From Clostridia bacterium (lineage in GTDB: Bacteria > Bacillota > Clostridia > Oscillospirales > Acutalibacteraceae), in NCBI GenBank assembly GCA_017430965.1, contig JAFRLX010000123.1, forward strand, positions 8,583 to 72,582: 64,000 nt of DNA. Reading direction: 5' to 3'. The notes below the pieces were generated by a model, which saw only the letters and a program-made list of their open reading frames with translations, did not search any database and was not told the origin of the DNA. The translations under genes and the position numbers were made by a program. This document shows positions 37,789 through 47,045 of this stretch, piece by piece. How positions within the stretch are numbered: position 1 is the first letter of the stretch; each line of letters opens with the position of its first letter.

Positions 37789-39738
37789 TTATTCATTCAT
37801 TTCATATATGTTAACAGGTGTAAATGCACGCCCCTGACCGGAATAGTAACGAGAGAACATCTCGTAGAATTGCAGCCTTAAGGACTGAATACCTGTTAAT
37901 AATGCTTCCAAGGCAATTACAAGTGCGTTGCCGAGTATCATAACAATGACAAAGGTGACATTGACTTTATCGCCCGCCAGGGTGGTGACAACCATCATCA
38001 TACCGGCGTGAACAAGCACAAATGCGCCCAATCTTAAATAAGATACCGTGTTGGAAAAGTAGGATAAGATGCTTTCAAACAACTCAATGATGTTGGAAAG
38101 CAGGTAGCTGCCGGGTTTGAGTTTATAAGACTTATCGGCGAGTTTTTCTTTGACAAATTCATAGAAAAACATCATCACTACGGCAACCATCAGCGAAATG
38201 GTGACAGCATCTTTGTTTACCACCGAAATCATTTGCTTGACTTCCTCATTTGCCATAAAGTCAGTAGCCAAATAGACCATAGCGCTGTAAGCGACAATAC
38301 CTGCAATTCCGTTTGGACCGAAAATGGCATCGGCATAGCGCTTGAGTTTGAATGCACAGATGGTGTTGATAAACATAACCAGCAGCATCAACACCACACC
38401 GACAGAAATGGCAAGGATGAGAATTTCGGTCGTGTTTTCAAACACTTTTATCGGTAAAAAGTTTATGCCGAGGGAGTGATAGACACCGTCAAGCAAATCC
38501 TCCATGCCGAAGACCGAACCGAAAACGGCACCGAATATGCAGCTGAAAATGCCGCAGCGCATCAAGATTTGACCTAAAGGCATTTTCTTGATTTTATACA
38601 TGAGGTATCCGATGAGGATGACCGCCAAACCTTGCCCTAAATCCGCGAACATTAAGCCGAACATCAGAGAATAGGTAATGGCAAACAGCGGTGTCGGATC
38701 AATTTCATTGTAGGAAGGCAAGCCGAACATTTCCACAAAATAAGAAAACGGGCGGAACAGTCGGTTGTTCTTTAAAGAAATCGGTATTTTGTCGACTAAG
38801 GAAGCACTCGGGTCTTCACATTCCACCGCAATGCCTTTAAACTTTTTGCTGCGCGCCAGAAAAGTTTGTTCATAATCCGCTTTAATCCAACCGACAAAAA
38901 TGAAATAGTCTTCTTCATTTTTGATTGCGGCATTAAGCTTGAGCTCGAAAACGGTGTTGAGTGCGATGATTTGGCTGCACAGTTTTGAGTAGCGTTCTTT
39001 TTCCACTTGAACATAATCGGCAAGCTCTTTGGTGAGTGCATCAATTTTGCTCTGGATAGCTTCATTATGTGCGATGGTATCCTGAATCGCTTGCTCTGCA
39101 TTGCCGTTGTAAGCGGGAACAAAGGCTTTTTCAAAGGAGAGCTTGGTAAAGATGTTATCAATCTCTTCTTTTTTGCTTACCGGAACAATGTAAGCACCCC
39201 AATAGCCGTCTTTGACTTCTTTACCCTTGACAAAGTTGATAAAGGGATTGTCCCGATACATGTTCATTTGGAGCTTTTCGTAGCTCTCGCGCGGCAGGTA
39301 ACCGAAGCGGAATTTTGTGAACTCACAGTTGAAAATATCTTTGAGGTTGATATCCATCTGTGCGAAATGTTCGTAGTTTTCAATGAGGTTTTTATTGTTT
39401 TCAAATTCCTTTTGCAGTTCGTTGCGCTCATTGAAATTTTCTTTTATCACATTTAAAAAATGTTTGAGATATTCCACATCCGCTTCTTCATCGGGAATCT
39501 CGGTTATCTTTTCCGGCTTGATTTCGATTTCGAACTCCTTGGAAAGCTCTTCAATCATCTGTAAATGCTGTGTGTAGGGGTTTTCGGCGGAAAACGGAGA
39601 AAACTTTATTTTTTTGGGAATAAACTCCATCGCGTTTTCCGGTTGAAAGTGCCCGTCTATACAACATTCACGAATAAAGCCGTCGAGGTTGCCGAGTGCA
39701 CCGAATGCGCGCACTAATTTCATTTTTTCTATTGCCAA
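37789..39738 (-). CDS. ntpI: V/A-type ATP synthase subunit I (a)
   Basis: 649 aa with a soluble N-terminal half and a polytopic C-terminal half containing the conserved SYLRL Arg (NTVSYLRLGAF). Confidence 0.92.
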   Translation of the reverse strand: MAIEKMKLVRAFGALGNLDGFIRECCIDGHFQPENAMEFIPKKIKFSPFSAENPYTQHLQMIEELSKEFEIEIKPEKITEIPDEEADVEYLKHFLNVIKENFNERNELQKEFENNKNLIENYEHFAQMDINLKDIFNCEFTKFRFGYLPRESYEKLQMNMYRDNPFINFVKGKEVKDGYWGAYIVPVSKKEEIDNIFTKLSFEKAFVPAYNGNAEQAIQDTIAHNEAIQSKIDALTKELADYVQVEKERYSKLCSQIIALNTVFELKLNAAIKNEEDYFIFVGWIKADYEQTFLARSKKFKGIAVECEDPSASLVDKIPISLKNNRLFRPFSYFVEMFGLPSYNEIDPTPLFAITYSLMFGLMFADLGQGLAVILIGYLMYKIKKMPLGQILMRCGIFSCIFGAVFGSVFGMEDLLDGVYHSLGINFLPIKVFENTTEILILAISVGVVLMLLVMFINTICAFKLKRYADAIFGPNGIAGIVAYSAMVYLATDFMANEEVKQMISVVNKDAVTISLMVAVVMMFFYEFVKEKLADKSYKLKPGSYLLSNIIELFESILSYFSNTVSYLRLGAFVLVHAGMMMVVTTLAGDKVNVTFVIVMILGNALVIALEALLTGIQSLRLQFYEMFSRYYSGQGRAFTPVNIYEMNE

Positions 39739-39784
39739 ATTCGTATCACTCCTTCAACAGTCGTAATCGTCAATTCATCAAACA

Positions 39785-40819
39785 TTATATTTCCACGCCA
39801 ATCAGGTACTTTTGAATTTCTTCATGCGGCATTTGATAGCGTTTGCCTTCCGTGATATGGATAATATTCTTTATTTCTAAAGTTAAAAGATTAAAGTAAG
39901 TGAGTACCGCAATATTTGCGTTCGCACTGAATCTTAAAAAATGCTTATTAATCGCATAGCTGTTTTTTTCGTAAACTCTTTCAGGGAATACCAAGTCTTC
40001 ATTGGTGAAGTTTTTGCCGAGTTTTGTGCGACTGATAATGTTAATAAATTCGGCTGTCGTATCACATTCAACCAATTCGGTGAGCTTGGAAGCATTCAGG
40101 GTGCCGTGAGCGGTAATTAAGCCGGCGTGAATGATATCGGCAGGGACATCCATTTTTTTGTAGCGATAAATGGCGTTGATGTTCAGAGCGTCAATTTCCA
40201 AATCAATCATTTGGTTGAGTTCCTTGCGCGCATTTTTAGGAAGCTGCTTTCCCATTTCTTTGGCGCGTTGCGCATAAAAGGCACCTAAAATGATTTCGAC
40301 TTGAGAAAAGCGGAAAACGCCGTCAGCCCCGATAAAGCGCTTGGCTACCGGGTAGTAAGCCGTGTGTTTAAGCGCATCAATCAATTCTTGTGCGGTTTTG
40401 CTTGCATAGATTTTTTGAATGTTTAATTCGGATGAGGCTTTGAAAAAATCATTCGGAATATAGGTGGAAGCAAAAGCTGCTGTCGAAACCAGATTGCGCG
40501 CAGCACTGATAATCACCTGAATATCGCTTTTTAAAACATAATAATTGTAAAAAGGATTATCTGTCATTTTTTCAAAGGAACAGATGGTTTGCAAGCGGTT
40601 GGCATATTCTTTATTTAAGCTGAATTCAATCGATTCGGCGGTAATCGCCGTTCCCTCGGTCGGAGCGAAAATATCACCGTAGGAGGTTCTTGTTTTTAAA
40701 TAATTGGCAATTTCCTGATTGTTGTTACAGTTCAAAAGCGCTTGATAATCGGCAAGGGTTAAGCGCTTACCGTACATACACCTGACTTTTGCCAAAACCG
40801 CATTGGCAGTTTGATTCAT
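39785..40819 (-). CDS. ntpC: V/A-type ATP synthase subunit C (d)
   Basis: 344-aa all-helical protein. The N-terminus (AKVRCMYGKRLTLADYQALL) is typical of subunit C. Confidence 0.85.
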   Translation of the reverse strand: MNQTANAVLAKVRCMYGKRLTLADYQALLNCNNNQEIANYLKTRTSYGDIFAPTEGTAITAESIEFSLNKEYANRLQTICSFEKMTDNPFYNYYVLKSDIQVIISAARNLVSTAAFASTYIPNDFFKASSELNIQKIYASKTAQELIDALKHTAYYPVAKRFIGADGVFRFSQVEIILGAFYAQRAKEMGKQLPKNARKELNQMIDLEIDALNINAIYRYKKMDVPADIIHAGLITAHGTLNASKLTELVECDTTAEFINIISRTKLGKNFTNEDLVFPERVYEKNSYAINKHFLRFSANANIAVLTYFNLLTLEIKNIIHITEGKRYQMPHEEIQKYLIGVEI

Positions 40820-40853
40820 CTCAAAACCTCCTTTCTACAGACTTATTTCAGAG

Positions 40854-41177
40854 CTATTCGGCAATTGTGCGCTTCACCAGCTCTTTTACCCACTGTTCTT
40901 TGTGAGAATCATAGTAAGTGTCTAAAGCTTGATTGGCTTTTTCGTAATCGCTATCGATTTTTGCAATCAGTTCTTCGACCTTTTGCGATTCATCCTCTGT
41001 GGTTAAAGCGATGATTTCCTCGACACTTTGTTCATACTTTTTGTCAAGCTCTTCAATTCTTTGCGCAATGGCGATTTTGGATTCGGCAAGCTGTTTCTTG
41101 CTCTCATCCGTCATTTTTCTGGCCTTTTTGTCAACATCAATAATTGTTTTAATCAGTTCTTCCATACCATTCTCCAA
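40854..41177 (-). CDS. Small coiled-coil V/A-ATPase stalk subunit (G/H-like), first gene of the operon
   Basis: 107 aa, Glu/Lys-rich helical. The position and size match the peripheral-stalk G/H subunit. Confidence 0.65.
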   Translation of the reverse strand: MENGMEELIKTIIDVDKKARKMTDESKKQLAESKIAIAQRIEELDKKYEQSVEEIIALTTEDESQKVEELIAKIDSDYEKANQALDTYYDSHKEQWVKELVKRTIAE

Positions 41178-41230
41178 TATAAAGAATCTGACTTGCGAAA
41201 ACTGCTTGCAAGTCAGTGGCTTGTAGGCTT

Positions 41231-41248
41231 AGCACAATATATTGTGCT
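41231..41248. promoter_or_regulatory. Perfect 18-nt palindrome AGCACAATA|TATTGTGCT just downstream of the putative V-ATPase promoter
   Basis: Read directly from the sequence. It lies at about +5 to +22 relative to the -10 at 41260-41265 (minus strand). Confidence 0.35.
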
Positions 41249-41259
41249 CATACGATTTT

Positions 41260-41288
41260 ACTATACTACTAAACAAATAATATTTCAA
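41260..41288 (-). promoter_or_regulatory. Putative sigma-A promoter of the V-ATPase operon
   Basis: Minus strand: TTGAAA, 17 nt, TATAGT. Confidence 0.5.
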
Positions 41289-41367
41289 GTGCATTTTCTA
41301 CAAAAATTATTGCGATATGATACAGAAATTTGCAACATAAAATAGTTTAGAATTATCAATAATCCTA

Positions 41368-41396
41368 TTGACACATTCCAACATTAATTTTATAAT
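41368..41396 (+). promoter_or_regulatory. Consensus sigma-A promoter of the hydrogenase operon
   Basis: Perfect TTGACA, 17 nt, TATAAT, 34 nt before ATG 41430. Confidence 0.7.
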
Positions 41397-41429
41397 ATAA
41401 ATAACTACATTTTGAGAGAGGATAAAAAA

Positions 41430-43265
41430 ATGGCAAGACAAAAAATTCAATCATTGACTCCTGTTGAAGAAACGGTTGATGAAATCTACCGCGAACTCGG
41501 CAGCCGTGTCAATGCGGCTATGACGAATGCTTGTCCCATCGATGTGGCGCTCGGTTTTGTGCGGCTTTGCCAATCGCAGTCCTGCGGTAAATGCACACCC
41601 TGCCGCTCCGGCTTAGGGCAGCTTGCGACTTTGATTAAGCGTGTGTTGGACGGCTATGGCGATATGTCGGATATCGATTTAATCGAAAGAACCGCGCAAT
41701 CGATTTACCTGAGCGCTGACTGCGCCATAGGCTACGAAGCGGCAAACATGGTCAGACTCTGTGTAAAAGGCTTCCGCGAGGATTTCGAATCGCACATTAA
41801 TCAAGGCAAGTGTTCTTACTTCTTTAACAGACCGGTGCCTTGTGTATCGCGTTGCCCGGCAAATGTGGACATTCCCGGTTACATTGCTTTGGCGGCAGAG
41901 GGCAGGCATGCCGATGCTGTCAGGCTTATTAGAAAAGATAATCCGTTCCCGACAGCCTGCGCGCTGATTTGTGAGCACCCCTGTGAAAACAACTGCCGTA
42001 GGCAAATGATTGATGACTCTATTAATATTCGCGGTATTAAGCGCTATGTCTGCGACAATGCCGGTGTTGTACCTGCACCCGAGTGCATGCCTTCCACCGG
42101 TAAGAAAATTGCCATTATCGGCGGTGGCCCTGCCGGTTTAACCTGTGCTTATTTCCTGCAGCTAATGGGGCACCAAACCACCGTGTTTGAAGGCAAGGAA
42201 AATTTAGGCGGTATGTTGCGCTACGGTATTCCGAACTATCGCTTACCGCGCGAAAGACTGCAGGAAGATATTGACTGCATCCTTTCTACCGGTGTGGATG
42301 TGAAGTTAAACACCAAGATTGATTCGCCCGAAGAAATTGCAAAGCTCAAAGAATCCTATGATGCCATTTTTGTTTCTATCGGTGCGCATAAAGACAGAAA
42401 AGTCGGTCTTGAAAATGAAGATGCGGAAGGTGTTATCTCTGCAGTAGATTTGCTCAAAGCTATCGGTGATGACCAATATCCCGATTATTCCGGCAAAGAA
42501 GTGCTTGTAATCGGTGGCGGTAATGTGGCGATGGACTGTACCAGAACCGCTGTAAGAGCTGGTGCCAAGCAAGTGAGTGTGGTGTACCGCAGAAGAATTG
42601 CGGATATGACTGCGCTGCAGGAAGAAATCTTCGGTGCACAGGCTGAAGGCGCCGAAATCTTGGAATTGGTTTCTCCGACACGCATTGAAAAGGATGAAAA
42701 CGGCAAACTCAAAGGCCTTTGGGTGAAGCAGCAAATGATCGGCCGCTATAAGCAGGGCAGACCCGCGCCTACCGACGGCGGTGAAAAGGAATACATGATT
42801 CCCTGCGATATCTTAGTGGTTGCTATCGGTCAGGGCATTGAAAGCGAACCCTTTGCCGAGTTCGGATTACCGGTTCAGGGCAGCGGCAAAATTGATGCCG
42901 ATGATTACACCATCATTCAGCAGCAGCCCGGTATCTTTTCCGGCGGTGACTGCTCTACCGGTCCCGCTACCGTGATTAGAGCGATTGCGGCGGGTAAGAC
43001 GGCAGCCGCCAATATCGATGAATACTTAGGCTTTGAGCACTTAATTGAAAGCGGCGTGGACATTCCTCCCGTGACAACATATAACCGTAACCATTGCGGC
43101 AGAGTGAATTTGAGAGAGCGCGAAGCGGTTGTCAGAAATAAGAATTTCGAGCCGTTTGAATACGGTATGACAGACAAAGAAGCATTGCAGGAAGCAAAGC
43201 GCTGCCTGCGCTGTGACCACTTCGGCTTCGGCTGCTTCAGAGGGGGGAGGAATTTTAAATGGTAA
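41430..43265 (+). CDS. NAD(P)H-binding iron-sulfur flavoprotein: NuoF-C-terminal-like 4Fe-4S module fused to a GltD (glutamate synthase small chain)-like oxidoreductase
   Basis: SCGKCTPCRSG is the NuoF Fe-S motif. It also has GltD-type Cys clusters (CVSRCPANVDIPGY..CEHPCENNC), FAD motif IAIIGGGPAGL and NAD(P) motif VLVIGGGNVAMD. ATG 41430 follows GAGAGAGGA. Confidence 0.88.
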   Translation: MARQKIQSLTPVEETVDEIYRELGSRVNAAMTNACPIDVALGFVRLCQSQSCGKCTPCRSGLGQLATLIKRVLDGYGDMSDIDLIERTAQSIYLSADCAIGYEAANMVRLCVKGFREDFESHINQGKCSYFFNRPVPCVSRCPANVDIPGYIALAAEGRHADAVRLIRKDNPFPTACALICEHPCENNCRRQMIDDSINIRGIKRYVCDNAGVVPAPECMPSTGKKIAIIGGGPAGLTCAYFLQLMGHQTTVFEGKENLGGMLRYGIPNYRLPRERLQEDIDCILSTGVDVKLNTKIDSPEEIAKLKESYDAIFVSIGAHKDRKVGLENEDAEGVISAVDLLKAIGDDQYPDYSGKEVLVIGGGNVAMDCTRTAVRAGAKQVSVVYRRRIADMTALQEEIFGAQAEGAEILELVSPTRIEKDENGKLKGLWVKQQMIGRYKQGRPAPTDGGEKEYMIPCDILVVAIGQGIESEPFAEFGLPVQGSGKIDADDYTIIQQQPGIFSGGDCSTGPATVIRAIAAGKTAAANIDEYLGFEHLIESGVDIPPVTTYNRNHCGRVNLREREAVVRNKNFEPFEYGMTDKEALQEAKRCLRCDHFGFGCFRGGRNFKW

Positions 43266-44989
43266 ATTTAGTGATTAACAGCAAACATATTTCTGTCAAA
43301 GAAGGCAGTACCATTTTGGAAGCCGCTACCGAAAACGGCATTCAAATTCCTACTTTATGCTACTTAAAAGACATTAATGAAATCGGCGCTTGCCGCATTT
43401 GTGTAGTTGAAATCAAGGGGATTGACCGCCTGGTTGCTGCTTGTAACACACCGGTGGAAGAAGATATGGTAGTGTATACCCATTCTCCGCGCGTGATGAC
43501 TGCAAGAAAAGTGACTTTGGAACTCATTCTTGCCGAACACAATTATACTTGCCCCACTTGTACGAGAAGCGGTAACTGTGAACTGCAATCTCTTTCCGAG
43601 GAATTCGGTTTAACCGCCGAGACCTTCAAAAAGAGAATTGTGAAGATGGATTGGGATGAAAACTTCCCGCTCATTCGCGACAATGAAAAGTGCATTAAAT
43701 GTATGCGCTGTATTCAAGTGTGCGATAAGGTTCAGTCTTTAAGTGTGTGGGATATTGCCGGTACCGGCACATGGACAACCGTGAATGTAGCAAACGGTAA
43801 GGATATCAAAAAAGCCAATTGCGCCATTTGCGGTCAGTGTATTACAAATTGTCCTGTCGGTGCTTTGCAGGCAAGGCACGACAAAGAGAGTGTATACCAA
43901 GCACTTTCCGATAATAACAAAGTCAAAGTGGTTTCCGTGGCGCCTGCTGTCAGAGCGGCATGGGGCGAGCAATTAGGCTTGGAACCGGAAGAAGCCACCA
44001 TGCAGAAAATGGGCGAAGCGCTTCGCCAGGTCGGCTTTGACTATGTATTTGACACCAATTTCTCTGCCGATTTAACCATTATGGAAGAAGGCAGCGAATT
44101 TTTGGATCGCTTAGCCAATAAAAATAAAAACAAATTCCCGATGTTTACATCCTGTTGCCCTGGCTGGGTGCGTTTCTTAAAGTCTCAGTACCCGGATATG
44201 GTTCCGCAGTTATCCACTGCCAAGAGTCCGCAGCAGATGTTCGGTGCTATCACCAAGAGCTATTTTGCGGAAAAAATCGGCAGAGACCCCAAGGATATCG
44301 TTCTTGTTTCCGTTATGCCGTGTGTGGCAAAGAAAATGGAATGTTCCTATGAAACCATGAAGGATGAACAAAGAGGGCAGGATGTTGACTTTGTGCTCAC
44401 TACCCGCGAATTTGTTAAGATGGTGAAGGCTGCCAATATCAATGTCAAGGAATTAGAAGATAAACCGCTGGATGATCCGCTTTGTGCCGGCACCGGTGCG
44501 GCTGTTATCTTCGGCGCTACCGGCGGTGTAATGGAAGCGGCACTCAGGTCTGCTTATTTCCTGGCAACCGGCAAAAACCCGGATGCGGATGCATTCAAAG
44601 CGGTGCGCGGTTATCATGACGGCTGGAATGAAGCGGAATTTGATATTGAAGGCACCAAAGTGCGCTGTGCTGTTGCCAGCGGCTTGGGCAACGCAAGAAA
44701 ACTCATTCAGGCCATTCGCGCAGGCGAAGTGAAATATGATTTTGTGGAAGTTATGGCGTGTCCCGGCGGCTGCGTAGGCGGCGGCGGTCAACCAATCCAT
44801 CTCCACCACAATAAAATGTATGAGGTTAGAGGTGAGAGATTGCGCAAATTGGATTACACCAACCCGATTCGTTTCTCACACGAAAATCCGCAGATTAAGA
44901 CACTCTATTCCGAGTTCTTAGGCGAACCGCTTAGTGAAAAAGCTCACCACTTATTGCATACAGACCATAACGGCTGGAGTATGAAATAA
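43259..44989 (+). CDS. hydA: [FeFe]-hydrogenase catalytic subunit (group A, M3-type with 2Fe-2S and three 4Fe-4S accessory clusters)
   Basis: H-cluster motifs TSCCPGWV, MPCVAKKME and EVMACPGGCVGGGGQP, plus an N-terminal 2Fe-2S ferredoxin-like domain. The start overlaps the upstream stop. Confidence 0.94.
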   Translation: MVNLVINSKHISVKEGSTILEAATENGIQIPTLCYLKDINEIGACRICVVEIKGIDRLVAACNTPVEEDMVVYTHSPRVMTARKVTLELILAEHNYTCPTCTRSGNCELQSLSEEFGLTAETFKKRIVKMDWDENFPLIRDNEKCIKCMRCIQVCDKVQSLSVWDIAGTGTWTTVNVANGKDIKKANCAICGQCITNCPVGALQARHDKESVYQALSDNNKVKVVSVAPAVRAAWGEQLGLEPEEATMQKMGEALRQVGFDYVFDTNFSADLTIMEEGSEFLDRLANKNKNKFPMFTSCCPGWVRFLKSQYPDMVPQLSTAKSPQQMFGAITKSYFAEKIGRDPKDIVLVSVMPCVAKKMECSYETMKDEQRGQDVDFVLTTREFVKMVKAANINVKELEDKPLDDPLCAGTGAAVIFGATGGVMEAALRSAYFLATGKNPDADAFKAVRGYHDGWNEAEFDIEGTKVRCAVASGLGNARKLIQAIRAGEVKYDFVEVMACPGGCVGGGGQPIHLHHNKMYEVRGERLRKLDYTNPIRFSHENPQIKTLYSEFLGEPLSEKAHHLLHTDHNGWSMK

Positions 44990-44994
44990 TATGA

Positions 44995-45031
44995 AACTTC
45001 CCTTCGCTTAAGGCGGAGGGAAGTTATTTTT
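44995..45031 (+). terminator. Rho-independent terminator of the hydrogenase operon
   Basis: AACTTCCCT...AGGGAAGTT stem followed by ATTTTT. Confidence 0.85.
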
Positions 45032-45121
45032 AAAACGAATCGCAGGTTGAATGCACCGCTTTCTTTTTAGCAAAATCGGAAAAGAAAAGGTCTATATTAA
45101 TGTATATAATAATTATAAGAG

Positions 45122-45910
45122 GTGAAGGCTTTGAGCTATAGCGAACAGATGAAAAAGTGTGAAGCGTATATTGCAGAGCATTTAAACGAACCGATTACTG
45201 CTGCCGCTTTGGCACAGCAGGCGGGGTATTCGTTGTATCATTTCTGTCGCGTGTTTAAAGCGCTCTATGGTATCAGCCCCGGCGAGTTTGTGCGCAGGTG
45301 TAAGCTGCGTGCAGCTGCTCAAGATTTGCTGCAGGGCAGCGCCGTGCTCGAAACAGCGCTGGAGTATGGCTATGATACTCACTCCGGTTTTACAAAGGCT
45401 TTTGAAAAAGAATTCGGTGTAGCACCGATTGTCTACCGCAAGTTGAGAGGAGAAAGACTCATGAAAGTAACGATTCAAAATGAAAAGGAATTTAAGGTTT
45501 TCGGTTATGTCATTGAAACGGATGACGCTACCGAAGGCGGTTATTGGGGGAAAATCGATTTTAGCCAATATCCTCAGTATCCTGCCGATTGTGACGATCA
45601 AGGTGAAGTGGCAATGTGGATTCACCCTGAGAAGGTTTCCGGCGAGCTGAAATACTTCTTCGGCTACAAGACTAACGATGCGGCACCTTCAGAGGGTTTT
45701 GAGGAAATTGTTATTCCCGCTGCACAGTATGCTGTTTTTGAAGTGCCGGCTGCCGAGAATGCCGCTGCTCTTGCTCAGCAGATGAATGCTGCATGGAAAG
45801 AAATTTTTTCTTCGTGGTTTGACTCGGTTGAGTATAAGTATGACGAAACAAAAATGTGCTTTGAGTTTTATAAAGAGGAAAAATCCTTTATTTATATTCC
45901 CGTTCAATAA
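45122..45910 (+). CDS. AraC-family transcriptional regulator with a GyrI-like effector-binding domain
   Basis: N-terminal AraC HTH (AGYSLYHFCRVFKALYGISPGEFVR...YDTHSGFTKAFEKEFG) and a C-terminal GyrI-like domain. The start is ambiguous (GTG 45122 or TTG 45131). Confidence 0.88.
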   Translation: MKALSYSEQMKKCEAYIAEHLNEPITAAALAQQAGYSLYHFCRVFKALYGISPGEFVRRCKLRAAAQDLLQGSAVLETALEYGYDTHSGFTKAFEKEFGVAPIVYRKLRGERLMKVTIQNEKEFKVFGYVIETDDATEGGYWGKIDFSQYPQYPADCDDQGEVAMWIHPEKVSGELKYFFGYKTNDAAPSEGFEEIVIPAAQYAVFEVPAAENAAALAQQMNAAWKEIFSSWFDSVEYKYDETKMCFEFYKEEKSFIYIPVQ

Positions 45911-46113
45911 TCGTTTTAATTGAGTGATTGTGTTTTACTGTTTACCTCGCAAAACAGCCTGTAGGCGTTTGAGTTCGGGCTTTGAGTGAATGCGCTTGAA
46001 AGCGGTTCCGGTCTGTCTTGAATGCCTATAGGCTGTTTTTTGCTTTTTACTTGAATCCGCTATTCGGAATGTGGTATCATAGTAATACGTTATTACAGAG
46101 GGGGAGATACTAT

Positions 46114-46743
46114 ATGCCGACTGTCACAGACTGGTTAATGGTTGTGATAACCTTGTTTTATGTAATTGCCACCATTTGCATTTGTGTTGCAAATTTCAAA
46201 TCAGCTGCCGCTTCCAAAAAACAATTAGAGGAATCGCAAGAGCAGTTTAAAAAGAATAATCGCCCGCGCGTGGATGTGGAATTCTTTTATGAAAAGAGAA
46301 AGTTTTTCGGTTTGCGCTTTGCTAATCACGGGAATATGACAGCGCAAAAGGTTTCCATTCGATTTGATGATGCTTTTATCGACAGCTTGGATGAATTGCA
46401 TTTTCAGTCCATTTTAAAAAGAGCTAAGGATAAAGAATGTGTTATTGGTGTCGGGCAGCATCACGATATTTTTATCGGTTCCAAAAAACTGCGCGAAAAC
46501 CATGCAAAGAATGTTGCCTCCGGTGTGGTTGTCTATTATTACAACGGCGAACAATACGAGTCAAAATTCAATATTGATATCGATAATTATATGTCGATTT
46601 ATTCCGTTAAAAGCGAGCAGGAAGAATTAATTAAAGAAATTCAAGAACAAAACAAACTGTTGCAACAGCAAAATGAAGAACTCAAAGCCGTTACCGCCGC
46701 ACTCACAAACAGGGCAGAAAATAAAGAACCTGTTGAAATTTAA
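46114..46743 (+). CDS. Hypothetical protein with an N-terminal TM helix and a C-terminal coiled coil
   Basis: ATG 46114 follows GAGGGGGAG. 209 aa: TM helix (WLMVVITLFYVIATICICVANF), a central domain I cannot assign, then EQEELIKEIQEQNKLLQQQNEELK. A TTGAAT-18-TGgTATCAT promoter lies at 46051-46080. Confidence 0.65.
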   Translation: MPTVTDWLMVVITLFYVIATICICVANFKSAAASKKQLEESQEQFKKNNRPRVDVEFFYEKRKFFGLRFANHGNMTAQKVSIRFDDAFIDSLDELHFQSILKRAKDKECVIGVGQHHDIFIGSKKLRENHAKNVASGVVVYYYNGEQYESKFNIDIDNYMSIYSVKSEQEELIKEIQEQNKLLQQQNEELKAVTAALTNRAENKEPVEI

Positions 46744-46760
46744 AACCTAATAACACCAAA

Positions 46761-46794
46761 CCGGCAACTTGCACTCGTGCAAGTTGCCGGTTTT
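46761..46794 (+). terminator. Rho-independent terminator
   Basis: CCGGCAACTTGCA-ctcg-TGCAAGTTGCCGG (13-bp stem) followed by TTTT. Confidence 0.85.
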
Positions 46795-47045
46795 ATCTTC
46801 ATTCAACATTCAACACTCAAAATTCAACATTTGCTCGTGAAGCGAGCCCGAACACTTGTTCCCCAAAAACCCTTTTGCGTATGATATACACACTAAATGT
46901 GGTAGAAGACAAACAAATGATTTACTTATTTTTCTTATCCCTATTTTTTGACAGCCAAAAGCGAGTTCGTTTTAACGAACTCGCCTATATCTAAATTTAA
47001 TCTACAGCGGCGGGCAGTTTTGCCGCCGTTATTCTTTTTTGTTTT

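Noticed and set aside
46849-46862. A near-LexA box, CGAACACTTGTTCC.
   Set aside because: It has one mismatch in the conserved GTTCG arm. It also lies downstream of both convergent genes with no promoter to control.
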